Assembly (NCBI GenBank): GCA_965246715.1
Contig: CBDFFH010000046.1
Location: 32,001 to 96,000 of the forward strand
Length of the DNA: 64,000 nt
Source: Chamaesiphon sp.
Lineage (GTDB): Bacteria > Cyanobacteriota > Cyanobacteriia > Cyanobacteriales > Chamaesiphonaceae
Direction: 5' to 3'
Position 1 is the first letter of the stretch. Every line of letters starts with the position of its first letter. The position numbers were made by a program, and so were the translations under genes. The notes below the pieces were generated by a model. The model did no database searches and was not told where the DNA came from. It saw only the letters and a list, made by a program, of their open reading frames with translations. Positions 40,779 through 52,072 of this stretch are shown in pieces.

Positions 40779-42038
40779 ATGAAAATTGTTAAAGTGGATG
40801 AGAGGGAACAATGTCGTTGCCTGTGTGCTGGGATATTACCAAACCATCGTTCCATGACCGGTGCATTACCACAGCAGTTTAAAACGCCTGTCGAGACCGC
40901 CACTACGCAACTAGAGCGATGGCGCGATCGAGTCACCAGCCCAAACGATCCTCATTCATCACCCCCGACCGTGCCAAACGGCGATGGCGGGGAAATCCGA
41001 CCGGAGCAAGCCGCTGTGCCAGCGATCGCAAACGGCACAGATCGCGGCGGTTCAAAACAGATTTCTAGTATAGTGGCTCCAATTGTCGGTACGATCTTAG
41101 CCGAGCGTTATTCGATCCAGTCACTCTTGGGTCGAGGTGGTTTTGGCATTACTTTTTTGGCTCGAAATATCAATTTGCCCGGACAGCCGCCGTGTGTCAT
41201 CAAGCAACTCGCACTCTCATCGACTGATGAGCAGGAAATTGCTACGCTCCAGCACCAATTTTATCTCGAAGCAGCTACCTTGAGTAGATTGGGCAGTCAC
41301 GCTCAGATTCCAACCCTACTCGATTATTTCCACATCGATACCGATCTCTACTTGGTCGAAGAATATATTCCTGGCATCGTGCTATCGCAATCGATCGATC
41401 GCATCGCCACGAGATCGGAACAGAGTCAAACCAGATTTACAGAGCCACAAATCGAAGATTTTCTGTTCCAGATGTTGCGATTATTAGAATACATTCACAG
41501 TCATCGAACGATCCATCGCGATATCAAGCCGCAAAATATTATTCTCTGTCAAACCGATCGGCGGTTCGTACTGGTAGATTTTGGTGCGGTCAAAGATCTC
41601 AATGCTAGCACGACTCAATTGTCACATCGATCCGATCTCAGTCGCTCGATCGGTACGCCTGGATTTGCCCCCCCAGAACAATTAGCCAATCGGACTGTCT
41701 ATGCAAGCGATATCTACGCACTAGGAATGACTTGTTTATATCTCTTAACTGGCAAAGAACCGAATCAGTTCCCGATCGATCCGTATACCTGCGAACTCGT
41801 ATGGGCAGATACTGTGGAAATTAGCCCGAGTTTGAGTGAGATAATCAGGAAAACGATCCAAGTTTCTTTGACCGATCGGTATCAGTCAGCTAGTGAAGTG
41901 CTAAATGCTTTGGATAATCGATCGGTCCGCACGACATTAAAAGTATATCTAGACCAAAAATATGCGATCTCTAAAACTGAATCGATCGGTTCTCAACTAA
42001 CTTATCCCGCAGTCATCGATTGGGCGTTGGGAATTTAA
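40779..42038 (+). CDS. Ser/Thr protein kinase (start may be ATG 40854)
   Basis: LGRGGFG, HRDIKPQN, DFG, GTPGFAPPEQ. Confidence 0.92.
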   Translation: MKIVKVDEREQCRCLCAGILPNHRSMTGALPQQFKTPVETATTQLERWRDRVTSPNDPHSSPPTVPNGDGGEIRPEQAAVPAIANGTDRGGSKQISSIVAPIVGTILAERYSIQSLLGRGGFGITFLARNINLPGQPPCVIKQLALSSTDEQEIATLQHQFYLEAATLSRLGSHAQIPTLLDYFHIDTDLYLVEEYIPGIVLSQSIDRIATRSEQSQTRFTEPQIEDFLFQMLRLLEYIHSHRTIHRDIKPQNIILCQTDRRFVLVDFGAVKDLNASTTQLSHRSDLSRSIGTPGFAPPEQLANRTVYASDIYALGMTCLYLLTGKEPNQFPIDPYTCELVWADTVEISPSLSEIIRKTIQVSLTDRYQSASEVLNALDNRSVRTTLKVYLDQKYAISKTESIGSQLTYPAVIDWALGI

Positions 42039-42403
42039 TCTTTCCCGCAGCCTTGGAAATACACCAAAACTATCGATCGACATTCGCTATTTATCTTTAC
42101 TGCAACGTCTAGGGTATACCTAAAGATTCGATCTAATTCCAAAATCAGATATATGATGGCTATGAAAATGCCAACGATTGAAACCGCTGGAGTGGTAGGT
42201 AGCAACCTGGGTTAGAGATAGCTGGCACTGAGGCTGGGATTGATTTAGAGAGATATGAGGATGTGGATAATAGCTGGCTCGAACAGGAAAACTTTTAAAG
42301 ATCGATCGGGTCACAAATTGCGATGAGATTGGGTCTAAATGTAATGTAAAGGGGACTATTGATTTTTCTTGTTTCGTGTCGATCGATAATTTAGTGATTT
42401 TTT

Positions 42404-42763
42404 ATGGACGTTATTCAACTTACGGGGATTCACTGTTACGGTTATACTGGCTACTTACAAGAGGAAAGAATTTTGGGGCAGTGGTTCGAAGTGGATCTGC
42501 GGCTGTGGCTGGATTTGGCGACTGCCGGTAAAAGCGATCGGATTGAAGATACGCTCGACTATCGGGGCATTATTGCCGATGTGAAGGAGATTGTCTCGAC
42601 GGCAAAATTTTCGCTCGTGGAAAAACTTGCCGATACGATCGTGACCACAGCCCTAAAAGACGATCGCGTGCAGCAAGTAGAGTTGAAGCTGCACAAACCT
42701 GGCGCGCCAATTCCGGAATTCGGCGGTAGGATTACGATCGAATTAACCCGACGTAAAACCTAG
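42404..42763 (+). CDS. folB: Dihydroneopterin aldolase
   Basis: YGYTGYLQEERILGQWFEVD, TLDYR, LVEKLA, KPGAPI. Confidence 0.93.
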   Translation: MDVIQLTGIHCYGYTGYLQEERILGQWFEVDLRLWLDLATAGKSDRIEDTLDYRGIIADVKEIVSTAKFSLVEKLADTIVTTALKDDRVQQVELKLHKPGAPIPEFGGRITIELTRRKT

Positions 42764-42898
42764 ATAATCGCCAGACTCGATCGAGGGTGCAGATCCGATT
42801 GTATATTTCGGTATCCCGCCCGATCGACTAGATCGGCGATCGGGTAGGCTAGAAATCGAGCATATAATTCTTTAGTATTAGTACTGACGAGGGGATCT

Positions 42899-44359
42899 AT
42901 GACTGTAAGATTGCAACGTCCGCTTTTGGTAGGAGGAGTTGGGCTGACATTGGGTTTATGGGGCTTGGATAGCGCCTACCATAGTCTCTCTGGTGTGGGC
43001 GATTGGTTGACGTTGGGCACGCTCGCCGCTGGGGGTGGTTATTGGTGGTACTCTCGTCAGGGTCGTAAAGTCAATGTAGCACCGAGTCCCAAAGAGATCG
43101 ATCGCAGCATTCTCGATCGGGCGATCGCTCAAGTAGAATTAACGATCGGTCAACTCGCTGTGGAAAGTCCCCAATCGCTACAGATCGATCGACTCAAACA
43201 GCAATTAACTCAGGCTAAGGCCACTCTAACTCGACCAGCGCTACAGATTGCCATTACTGGTGGGCAACGAGTAGGTAAGAGTAGCTTGATGCAACTACTT
43301 ACCACGGTACCAGTAGCCTCGGCAAAGCCCCTCAGATATACGGAGACTCCAGCGCTATTTACTAGCGGTGCAGACGCTAGCGCGATCGAAACTAAAGCCA
43401 AGCAAATCGCTCTCGATGCAGATCTAGTCTTATTCCTCACCAATGGCGATCTGACGGCTACCGAATATAAGTATCTAGCAACACTCCACCAAGCGCGTCA
43501 GCGGGTCATTTTATTACTAAATCAAATCGATCGCTATTTACCCGACGAGCGCAATCTAATTCTCCAAAAACTCCAATCGACAGTTACCGATATGCTGCCC
43601 CTACAGGATATCCTCACTATTAGTACCGCACCCGCACCTGTAAAAGTTCGCAAAATCCAAGCAGATGGTAGTGCGATCGAAACTTTAGAAACTCCACCAG
43701 TCGAGATTGCCAGTCTCGATCGACAGCTTACACAAGTACTGGCTACCGAAGGCGAAAAATTGGTCTGGGCGACTACCTATCGTCAGATCGCCAGCGTGCA
43801 AACTGAAGCAAAAGCCGCACTCAACAAAGTCAGACGCGATCGGGCCTTACCGACGATCGACCAAAATCAGTGGATCGTTGCCGCTGCTGCCTTTGCCAAT
43901 CCAGTACCCGCGCTAGATTTACTCGCTACCGCTGCGGTTAATGCCCAAATGGTCGTCGATTTGGGCGCAATTTACCAACAAAAATTCTCGATCGACCAAG
44001 CTCAAGCTGCTGCTGGTGCGTTGGGAAATGTGATCTTGAAACTCGGACTAGTCGAACTCTGCACTCAAACAGTGGCAGGCGTACTCAAAACTAATGCCGT
44101 AACTTATGTTGCTGGCGGCTTGGTGCAAGGATTGAGTGCTGCTTATCTCACCCGCATTGCTGGCTTAACCCTAATTGAATATCTCGAAGCGCAAGATCTC
44201 GTTGCTGCCGAACCAGCCAGAGCATGGAATCTCGATCTCTTGGGTAATACCCTCCAAAAGGTCTTCCAAGCTAACCAACGCGTTGCTTATATCCAAACTG
44301 TCGTCAAGCAAGGAATCGATCGGTTGATGCCAGATGGTAAGGCTGCTGGAGTAGCGTAA
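42899..44359 (+). CDS. DUF697/YcjF-like protein with P-loop GTPase-like domain
   Basis: GGQRVGKSSL, FANPVPALDLLATAAVNAQMV. Confidence 0.82.
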   Translation: MTVRLQRPLLVGGVGLTLGLWGLDSAYHSLSGVGDWLTLGTLAAGGGYWWYSRQGRKVNVAPSPKEIDRSILDRAIAQVELTIGQLAVESPQSLQIDRLKQQLTQAKATLTRPALQIAITGGQRVGKSSLMQLLTTVPVASAKPLRYTETPALFTSGADASAIETKAKQIALDADLVLFLTNGDLTATEYKYLATLHQARQRVILLLNQIDRYLPDERNLILQKLQSTVTDMLPLQDILTISTAPAPVKVRKIQADGSAIETLETPPVEIASLDRQLTQVLATEGEKLVWATTYRQIASVQTEAKAALNKVRRDRALPTIDQNQWIVAAAAFANPVPALDLLATAAVNAQMVVDLGAIYQQKFSIDQAQAAAGALGNVILKLGLVELCTQTVAGVLKTNAVTYVAGGLVQGLSAAYLTRIAGLTLIEYLEAQDLVAAEPARAWNLDLLGNTLQKVFQANQRVAYIQTVVKQGIDRLMPDGKAAGVA

Positions 44360-44405
44360 ACAGGGGTTAGGGGATCGGGAATGGCGAGCTGTACTTTATA
44401 ATTCC

Positions 44406-45278
44406 TTACCCTCTCTCTCTAACCAATCGATCGAGTTCTAGTTGCATTTGGGTTTCAACTACAGCGTAACAACGATCGACATAATCTCGATCGTTGGCAG
44501 CCGCGCGACCGTAGCGATCGAATTCGATCGGTTGGCAGACGCGATTGTGAATTTGGGTGGGTAGCGGAAAGTTGGGCAATGGCCCAAAACTAATGCCCCA
44601 AGGCAAACCTAGATAAATGGGAAAGACTACCGGATCGATCCCAAATAGCCAAGGTACGCCGCGATCGTGGAGTTGTTCTAATAAAGGGTAAAGATCTGCA
44701 AGCACGATTAAACCTTCATGAGCGCCGAGCGATACTACTGGGACGATCGGTGCGCGTTCGCGTAAGGCCACTTTGATAAACCCCTTGCGTCCGGCTAACT
44801 CGATTTTGTGCCGGCGGCTGAAGGGTCTAAATACATCCTCAGCGCCGCCTGGGTAGACCAAGACAGCCGCTTCGCGTTGGAGTGCTGCCATTGCCATCTT
44901 GGGGTGAGCTACTACGGCTCCAGCCTGCACTGCTAGTTTTGATACCGGGCCAAAATACTGCCACACCCCAGGGTGTGCCAATCCATAAGCAAGACGTTCG
45001 GTGCCATAGCGATTGAACCAGTCGTACATCAACATAAACATATCTGGAGCCGCCAACCCCCCATTGTGGGAACCAACGACCAACGTGCGTCCCCGAGCGG
45101 GAACGTGTTCCCAGCCATCGGTAGTTACCTGAAAATAGTGCTCGTACAACCACTTCCAAGTTGGCATCAAAACTTCATAGATAACCTGTGGATCGCGATC
45201 GGTTAGAGACCAGCCATCATATTTATGTTCGGGATCGATTTTTGCTTGGGCGAGCAGGTGCTGAAAAAAATTTAACAA
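44406..45278 (-). CDS. Lysophospholipid/DGAT2-like acyltransferase
   Basis: GSHNGG..PD, VYPGGAED, RKGFIKVAL. Confidence 0.88.
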   Translation of the reverse strand: MLNFFQHLLAQAKIDPEHKYDGWSLTDRDPQVIYEVLMPTWKWLYEHYFQVTTDGWEHVPARGRTLVVGSHNGGLAAPDMFMLMYDWFNRYGTERLAYGLAHPGVWQYFGPVSKLAVQAGAVVAHPKMAMAALQREAAVLVYPGGAEDVFRPFSRRHKIELAGRKGFIKVALRERAPIVPVVSLGAHEGLIVLADLYPLLEQLHDRGVPWLFGIDPVVFPIYLGLPWGISFGPLPNFPLPTQIHNRVCQPIEFDRYGRAAANDRDYVDRCYAVVETQMQLELDRLVRERG

Positions 45279-45570
45279 TTGTCTGGAGCGGGGGCTGATA
45301 ATTTGCAGTCAGGCAGGTATTATATCGCGATTGATTCTACTGAAGTGATACTATTTTGGATTTTGGATTGGGGAAGTCAGGCTGTCTCTGGAGTCGATCG
45401 ACCCATCTGTCAAGAGCGTTTTTTAAATTGGTCTGAATCCATCTGCTGCTGTCGATCGAATACGCGCGATCGGATCGTAGGATTGCAACGGGAACGATCG
45501 GTAATACCTAGCTTCATAAATCATCATCTCAGTCGATCGAACTCAAATTTTAAAATTCTTTTCAAAATGC

Positions 45571-45599
45571 TTGCGTAGTTAGCTATGATTTGCTATATT
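45571..45599 (+). promoter_or_regulatory. tRNA-Phe promoter
   Basis: TTGCGT-N17-TATATT. Confidence 0.55.
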
Positions 45600-45624
45600 A
45601 GTCAAGTTGCCAAATTTTCCACAA

Positions 45625-45697
<73 letters not shown>

Positions 45698-45871
45698 TTA
45701 GACAATTTAGATCTATTGAGACCTAGATTATTTTAATTCAAAACTCCAGATAATTTAGTTCTGCATTAAGGTAGCATTCGTTGCATTTAGCTACTCAGAT
45801 GCCGAGCGATATTGCGATCTGATAAGTTTAGATGGATGCAAGTGTGAAATGGTCGAGGAATTAGTAGAACG

Positions 45872-47647
45872 ATGGCATTAATCGTACAGAAATATGGGGG
45901 CACATCGGTTGGTTCCGCCGAGCGGATTCAAGCAGTCGCGCAAAGAGTAGTAGATACAGTCAAAGCTGGAAACGATCTGGTAGTCGTCGTCTCGGCCATG
46001 GGCAAGACCACTGATGGTTTAGTTAAGTTGGCAAAAGAGTTGTCTGATAATCCTGCCCGTCGGGAATTGGACATGTTAATGGCGACTGGCGAACAAGTCA
46101 CGATCGCATTATTGAGCATTGCCATTCAAGAATTGGGACAGCCAGCAATTTCCTTGACAGGCGCTCAAGTCGGCATCATTACTGAAGCAGAACACACGCG
46201 GGCGCGAATCTTAGAAATTAAACCCGATCGGATCGAACGTCATCTCAAAGAAGGTAAAGTGGTTGTCGTTGCTGGATTTCAGGGCGTGAGCAGCACCCCC
46301 GATCGTGAGATCACGACGCTGGGCAGAGGTGGTTCGGATACTTCGGCTGTCGCGATCGCGGCGGCACTTAAAGCTAGTGCCTGTGAGATTTATACTGACG
46401 TACCAGGGATATTGACAACCGACCCCCGCATCGTTCCTGAAGCCCAATTACTCAGCGAAATTACTGCTGATGAGATGCTAGAGTTAGCCAGTTTAGGCGC
46501 GAAAGTATTGCATCCGCGCGCTGTTGAAATTGCCAGAAATTATGGGGTACCGCTGGTGGTGCGATCGAGTTGGACTGACGAACCGGGTACTTGGGTGGTA
46601 TCTCCCATTCCCCAACCGCGATCTTTGACTGGTTTAGAAATCGCTCGCGCTGTAGATGCTGTAGAATTTGCCTCAAATCAAGCCAAAATTGCGATCTTAC
46701 GGGTACCCGATCGAGCGGGGATTGCTGGACAATTATTTGGTGCGGTGGCGACCGAACGCGTCGATGTCGATTTGATCGTGCAGTCGATTAATGCCGGAAA
46801 TACCAATGATATTGCCTTTACTGTCAACAAACAGGCGATCGAACGCGCCCAGGCGGTCGCTGAAGCCGTCGCGCCCGTCTTACACGATCGATCTACACCC
46901 AGCAATGCTGAGGTGTTCGTAGCGACCGATATTGCCAAGGTCAGTATCTCTGGCGCAGGGATGATCGGGAGACCAGGTGTAGCCGCCCAAATGTTTAAAA
47001 CGCTGGCAGCTGCTGGGGTAAATATTCAGATGATTTCGACTTCAGAAATCAAAGTAAGCTGCGTCATTCCCAACCAAGATTGCGATCGCGCGATCGCCGC
47101 ATTGTGTCGAGAGTTTGAAATTTCTACTTCCACCACCGAACTAGCCCCAACCAAACCAGCAACGACCATCCCAGTGCGTGGCGTTGCCCTCGATCTCAAT
47201 CAAGCCAGATTAGCCGTGCGCCATGTCCCCGATCTGCCAGGGCAAGCTGCGAAGCTGTTTGGGATTTTGGCAGCGCATAATATTAGTGTGGATACGATCA
47301 TCCAGTCTCAACGCACATCGATCGTCGATGGTGTTGCCATGCGGGATATCGCCTGCACGGTGGCGCAAGCAGATGCCGCTGATGCCAAGCGATTACTCGA
47401 ATCTTCCGCACTGCAATTGGGTTGTGGGGAAGTCGTTGTCGATGAAGCGATCGCTAAAGTTAGCATTGTCGGTGCAGGAATGATCGGCAAACCTGGTGTC
47501 GCTGCCCAGATGTTTAATTCTCTAGCTGCTGCGAGAATTAACATCCAAATGATTGCGACTTCCGAGATTAAAATTAGTTGCGTTGTCGCGCAGGAACAAG
47601 GTGTCGATGCTCTCAAAGCCGTGCATCGGGCATTTGGGTTGGGGTAA
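45872..47647 (+). CDS. lysC: Aspartate kinase with four ACT domains
   Basis: [20 protein letters not shown], duplicated ACT pairs. Confidence 0.96.
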   Translation: MALIVQKYGGTSVGSAERIQAVAQRVVDTVKAGNDLVVVVSAMGKTTDGLVKLAKELSDNPARRELDMLMATGEQVTIALLSIAIQELGQPAISLTGAQVGIITEAEHTRARILEIKPDRIERHLKEGKVVVVAGFQGVSSTPDREITTLGRGGSDTSAVAIAAALKASACEIYTDVPGILTTDPRIVPEAQLLSEITADEMLELASLGAKVLHPRAVEIARNYGVPLVVRSSWTDEPGTWVVSPIPQPRSLTGLEIARAVDAVEFASNQAKIAILRVPDRAGIAGQLFGAVATERVDVDLIVQSINAGNTNDIAFTVNKQAIERAQAVAEAVAPVLHDRSTPSNAEVFVATDIAKVSISGAGMIGRPGVAAQMFKTLAAAGVNIQMISTSEIKVSCVIPNQDCDRAIAALCREFEISTSTTELAPTKPATTIPVRGVALDLNQARLAVRHVPDLPGQAAKLFGILAAHNISVDTIIQSQRTSIVDGVAMRDIACTVAQADAADAKRLLESSALQLGCGEVVVDEAIAKVSIVGAGMIGKPGVAAQMFNSLAAARINIQMIATSEIKISCVVAQEQGVDALKAVHRAFGLG

Positions 47648-47666
47648 TCTGATGATTGCGTAGTCC

Positions 47667-47808
47667 CGACCCACCCCACCCTGCGGGCACCCCTCTCTTG
47701 AAAAGGTGCTCCACTTGCGGAGTTGGGTCGGATGGGTTCCCCATCCGTGACCCATACCCAAGCAGGGGAAACACCCCAAGACTGCACTTTTCGCTCCTTG
47801 GAGGGGAA
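47667..47808. repeat. Three-level nested dispersed repeat
   Basis: Outer unit like 53948-53984; middle unit is reverse complement of 16466-16516; inner hairpin 47717-47764. Confidence 0.7.
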
Positions 47809-47858
47809 TTTTAGCCAGAAGTATAAGGATATTAATAACTAATAGCTAGTAACAAAGA

Positions 47859-48395
47859 GTGGGTTTAGAGGTAAATATTAGTCCGATATCTGTGGAGGCG
47901 ATCGATTCGATTTTAATCCTCGATCGCTTGTGCTTTGGTGGATTATGGTCGATCGATAGTTACCGTCGTGAATTAGAAAATGAAAACAGTCATTTCTTGG
48001 CAGTAACCGTCGATCGGCATCTAGAGCCTGAAACTGAAGGCATCATCGGTTTTGGGTGTTTTTGGGCGATTTTAGATGAAGCACACATTACATTATTAGG
48101 CATTCATCCACGCTATCAAGGACGTGGGTTGGGGCAATTATTGTTGTGTGCTTTGCTCGATCGAGCGCGCGAAGTCGAAATGGCCCGAGCGACGCTCGAA
48201 GTCCGCGAGTCCAATCAGGGCGCGATTCATATCTATGAAAAATATGGATTCCAATTTGTCGGACGGCGCAAGAAATATTATCAAGATACGAATGAGGATG
48301 GGGTAATTATGTGGCGGGGCGGTTTACAGCATCCCCATTTTCCCCAAGTTATTCATGACTGGACGATGCAGATTCGTGACAGGATCGATCTCTAG
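47859..48395 (+). CDS. rimI: Ribosomal-protein alanine N-acetyltransferase
   Basis: EAHITLLGI, QGRGLG, TLEVRESN, RKKYY. Confidence 0.9.
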   Translation: MGLEVNISPISVEAIDSILILDRLCFGGLWSIDSYRRELENENSHFLAVTVDRHLEPETEGIIGFGCFWAILDEAHITLLGIHPRYQGRGLGQLLLCALLDRAREVEMARATLEVRESNQGAIHIYEKYGFQFVGRRKKYYQDTNEDGVIMWRGGLQHPHFPQVIHDWTMQIRDRIDL

Positions 48396-48869
48396 ACTTC
48401 ATAAGGATCGGTCGCTGTCGATCGAATCGTAGTTGTTTTAACAGTGTCAACTTAAAAATCGCTGTTAAAATAAGACTGTTTGTAAATTTAGGCTCGTTAC
48501 GGTTACCTACCATCCCACTCGTTGAAAATATCTCTGTGAAATAGGATCGCGGCGGCAGAATATTTTTACTTACAGCAACAGACGATCGCGTGAAATCACA
48601 ATTACGATCGACGATCGATTTTTGGCAGCCACCGCAATTTGAAGATTCAAATAGATCGATCCGAGTGTCACAGGTCAAGATTCCCTAACAGAGAGGCTGT
48701 TGTAAAGGCAAAGGCTCAGCCAATGCCAACGACTAGCACTAAATTATTTAAAGGTCGATTATCTTTTGCGCAATCGAGAGCAAGCGGAGTGTAGTAATTA
48801 GAGCGATAAATATCGATCGAGAATTAGCATCTAATTTCACTAACTAAACCGATTTATGTACGGAGTGTC

Positions 48870-49742
48870 ATGCGGATCCTAAAACTCAAACTACCTCGAT
48901 TCTATTTCAGAGCGGTTCCGCTAACGATCCAACTCATCCTCGCAACCTGCGTCTTACTCTTTCTCACTAGTATTTACGCTCACAAGATCGAACCAAATTG
49001 GCTGGAAGTCAAGCAGATTGAGATTACCTTGCCTAATTTGGCTCGGGAATTTACAGGTTATCGGATCGTCCAACTTACCGATTTTCACATTGGCGATGGG
49101 ATCGATCGTGCCCAATTGACTAAAATCGTCAAGGCTGTTAACGCTCAAAAACCAGATCTCATCGTACTTACAGGCGATTATATAACTAGAAACCCAGAAC
49201 TTCAATCCAAATTATTAACTAGCACGCTAGCCGGATTTCACGCACGCGATCGCACTCTTGCCGTTCTTGGCAATCATGATGTTTTTGATGATAATGGCCC
49301 ATCAGTAAGGCGCGCGATCGTTAAGTCTGGAATTACGCTCTTAGAAAATACCATCTACACGGCAAAACGCGATCGCGCGATACTTCACATTGCTGGAGTC
49401 GGAGATGTTTGGTATGGAGCGGCTAAAATCGATAAAGTGCTAGCCCAACTCCCGCAAACAGGTGCCGCCATCATGCTCGCTCACGAGCCAGATTTTGCCG
49501 ATGAAACTGCAGCAACCGGAAGATTTGGACTGCAATTGTCGGGACATTCGCATGGTGGACAAGTACGGATTCCATTCTTTAAGAAAAAATATCCACCCTA
49601 CGGGCACAAATATCCGATCGGTCGCTATCAAGTCGGCGAGATGATTCAATATACAAGTCGTGGAGTCGGCTTTCCAGGCGTTCACGCTCGGTTTAACTGT
49701 CGTCCAGAAATTTCAGTGTTTAGTCTGGTGGCTGGTAGTTAG
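48870..49742 (+). CDS. Metallophosphoesterase
   Basis: DFH, GD, GNHD, HEPD, GHSHGGQ. Confidence 0.92.
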   Translation: MRILKLKLPRFYFRAVPLTIQLILATCVLLFLTSIYAHKIEPNWLEVKQIEITLPNLAREFTGYRIVQLTDFHIGDGIDRAQLTKIVKAVNAQKPDLIVLTGDYITRNPELQSKLLTSTLAGFHARDRTLAVLGNHDVFDDNGPSVRRAIVKSGITLLENTIYTAKRDRAILHIAGVGDVWYGAAKIDKVLAQLPQTGAAIMLAHEPDFADETAATGRFGLQLSGHSHGGQVRIPFFKKKYPPYGHKYPIGRYQVGEMIQYTSRGVGFPGVHARFNCRPEISVFSLVAGS

Positions 49743-49837
49743 AGATTGGGGTTTAGGATGTATGTTGGTGACGGTGGAGTCAGCGGTCGGGTATCATACG
49801 ATCTAAGCAAGATATCACTCCTCAAGGATTCAAGTAC

Positions 49838-51286
49838 ATGGCATCTATTCGCGAGTTGCATCAACAGCTTGTTAGCAAACAACGATCGGCAGTAGAAATC
49901 GCCACAGAAGCGATCGATCGCGTCAATAAACTCGAACCACAACTTCGCAGTTTCCTTTGCACCACGCCTACGCAAGCCCTCGCACAGGCACAATTAGTAG
50001 ATGCCAAAATTGCCGCAGGCGAAGAAATCGGATTATTAGCCGGAATTCCGATCGCGCTCAAAGATAATATGTGTACCAAGGGCATCCAAACGACCTGCGG
50101 TTCCAAGATTTTAGAAGGTTTCGTGCCGCCCTATGAGTCCACTGTGACCCAAAAACTGCAAGACTTAGGCGCAGTATCCCTCGGTAAAACCAACCTCGAT
50201 GAATTTGCGATGGGCAGTTCTACCGAAAATTCTGCCTATCAAATCACTGCCAATCCCTGGGATTTAGAACGCGTTCCTGGCGGTTCGTCTGGTGGTTCTG
50301 CTGCGGCGGTAGCGGGGGGAGAATGCGTGGTCTCGCTCGGTTCCGATACTGGTGGCTCGATTCGTCAACCAGCAGCCTTTTGTGGCGTGGTGGGGCTAAA
50401 ACCAACATATGGATTGGTATCGCGGTTTGGGCTGGTGGCATATGCATCTTCATTGGATCAAATCGGGCCATTTGCGCGGACGGTGGAAGATGCGGCGATC
50501 TTGTTAGAAGCAATCGCAGGGTACGATCCAAAAGACTCAACTAGTCTCAAAGTCGAGATTCCCAAATACTCCCAATTACTCACGCCCGATTTACCCAAAG
50601 GCTTGAAAATCGGCATCATCACCGAAACCTTTGGCGAAGGATTAGATCCGCAAGTAGCTGAGTCAGTCCGCAACGCGATCGAGCATTTTCGATCGCTCGG
50701 TGCGGAAGTCCAAGAAATTTCCTGTCCCCGCTTCCGCTACGGCTTGCCCACTTATTACGTGATCGCCCCTTCTGAAGCATCCGCGAATCTCGCCCGTTAC
50801 GATGGCGTGAAATACGGCTTTAGAGCCGAGGCGGACAATCTAATGGCGATGTATATCCAAACCAGAGCCGCCGGATTTGGGGCGGAAGTCAAACGCCGGA
50901 TCATGCTGGGAACCTACGCGCTGTCAGCGGGTTATTACGATGCCTATTATCTCAAGGCACAAAAGGTGCGAACGCTAATTAAAGAAGACTTTGAAGCAGC
51001 ATTCAGTCAGGTGGATATTCTCATCACGCCAACCGCACCGACAACAGCATTTAAAGCTGGCGAAAAAACTGCCGATCCGTTGAGCATGTATCTCTCGGAT
51101 TTGATGACTATTCCGGTGAATCTCGCTGGCTTACCAGGGATTAGTATTCCCTGCGGTTTCGATGATAAAGGAATGCCGATCGGATTGCAATTACTCAGTA
51201 ATGTGTTGCGTGAGGATCTATTATTACAAGTTGCGCATGTTTACGAGCAGTCGAATGACTGGTATAAGCGATCGCCTGGATTGTAG
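49838..51286 (+). CDS. gatA: Asp/Glu-tRNA amidotransferase subunit A
   Basis: [32 protein letters not shown]. Confidence 0.97.
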   Translation: MASIRELHQQLVSKQRSAVEIATEAIDRVNKLEPQLRSFLCTTPTQALAQAQLVDAKIAAGEEIGLLAGIPIALKDNMCTKGIQTTCGSKILEGFVPPYESTVTQKLQDLGAVSLGKTNLDEFAMGSSTENSAYQITANPWDLERVPGGSSGGSAAAVAGGECVVSLGSDTGGSIRQPAAFCGVVGLKPTYGLVSRFGLVAYASSLDQIGPFARTVEDAAILLEAIAGYDPKDSTSLKVEIPKYSQLLTPDLPKGLKIGIITETFGEGLDPQVAESVRNAIEHFRSLGAEVQEISCPRFRYGLPTYYVIAPSEASANLARYDGVKYGFRAEADNLMAMYIQTRAAGFGAEVKRRIMLGTYALSAGYYDAYYLKAQKVRTLIKEDFEAAFSQVDILITPTAPTTAFKAGEKTADPLSMYLSDLMTIPVNLAGLPGISIPCGFDDKGMPIGLQLLSNVLREDLLLQVAHVYEQSNDWYKRSPGL

Positions 51287-51476
51287 AAAATTTGGAATAG
51301 AGTAAGCAATGTCTACTCTATTTCGATCGTCATCGATTCAAGAAAATGCTATTTAAAGTTAGCAATAAAAATCTTTAACCTATCTTTTAGCCCACATTTC
51401 GCTAATTGAAGGGGCGATCGGAGAATTAAAGTCGATGGAGTTATTAGTATTTTTGGTCGCTAGACCTAATAACTAA

Positions 51477-51647
51477 CGTGAGTTCGGGATAAAAATCTTT
51501 GCTTCGTTCCAGCACCGCCGCCGATTGAAATCGGGGCTAACATTACAAAGTCCGCGAAGGCGGACTGATATCTTAGTCCGCCTTCGCGGACTTTGCATCA
51601 TGAGCCGAGACTTCTAGTCGCTAGGCAATTCTTATCCCGAACTGACG
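51477..51647. repeat. MITE-like dispersed repeat (GTCAGTTCGGG family)
   Basis: TIRs and central double hairpin; inverted homologue of 16347-16566. Confidence 0.8.
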
Positions 51648-51658
51648 TTAACTAGATC

Positions 51659-51785
51659 TATAGCAATCCTAAATGAGAATCTAAAGTTTTAGTACAAGTT
51701 CACTATGCTTTAATCTTTATTCATCAATGGTTTGAAGTGTAAGCAGATGTACTAATTTAACAGAAAATCAAATAGGATCGCTATA
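51659..51785. mobile_element. MITE with TA-flanked terminal inverted repeats
   Basis: TATAGCAATCCTAAATGA ... TCAAATAGGATCGCTATA, 127 bp, no ORF. Confidence 0.65.
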
Positions 51786-52072
51786 TGTCATTGAATTGTT
51801 GGGGTTGTCTTGCGACCCCAACAACATAAAGGATTTGTTTTAAACCCGAAATAGATAGTCGTTCATTGTCTATATCCTGTAGAGCTGCTGTCAGAACAGA
51901 TGCATTATTCCCGATTTCGGTCGATCGACTGTGAAAAAAGTCACGGATAGATAAGTACTTTATGACTAGTAATGTTAGGAAGATCGTGTCTATCTCAATG
52001 GAGATTCGACTTCTAGAATTAAGGAATAAGCTTAGTTTCTAGTATTCAAATCAGATCTAAACGGGGGCAGTA

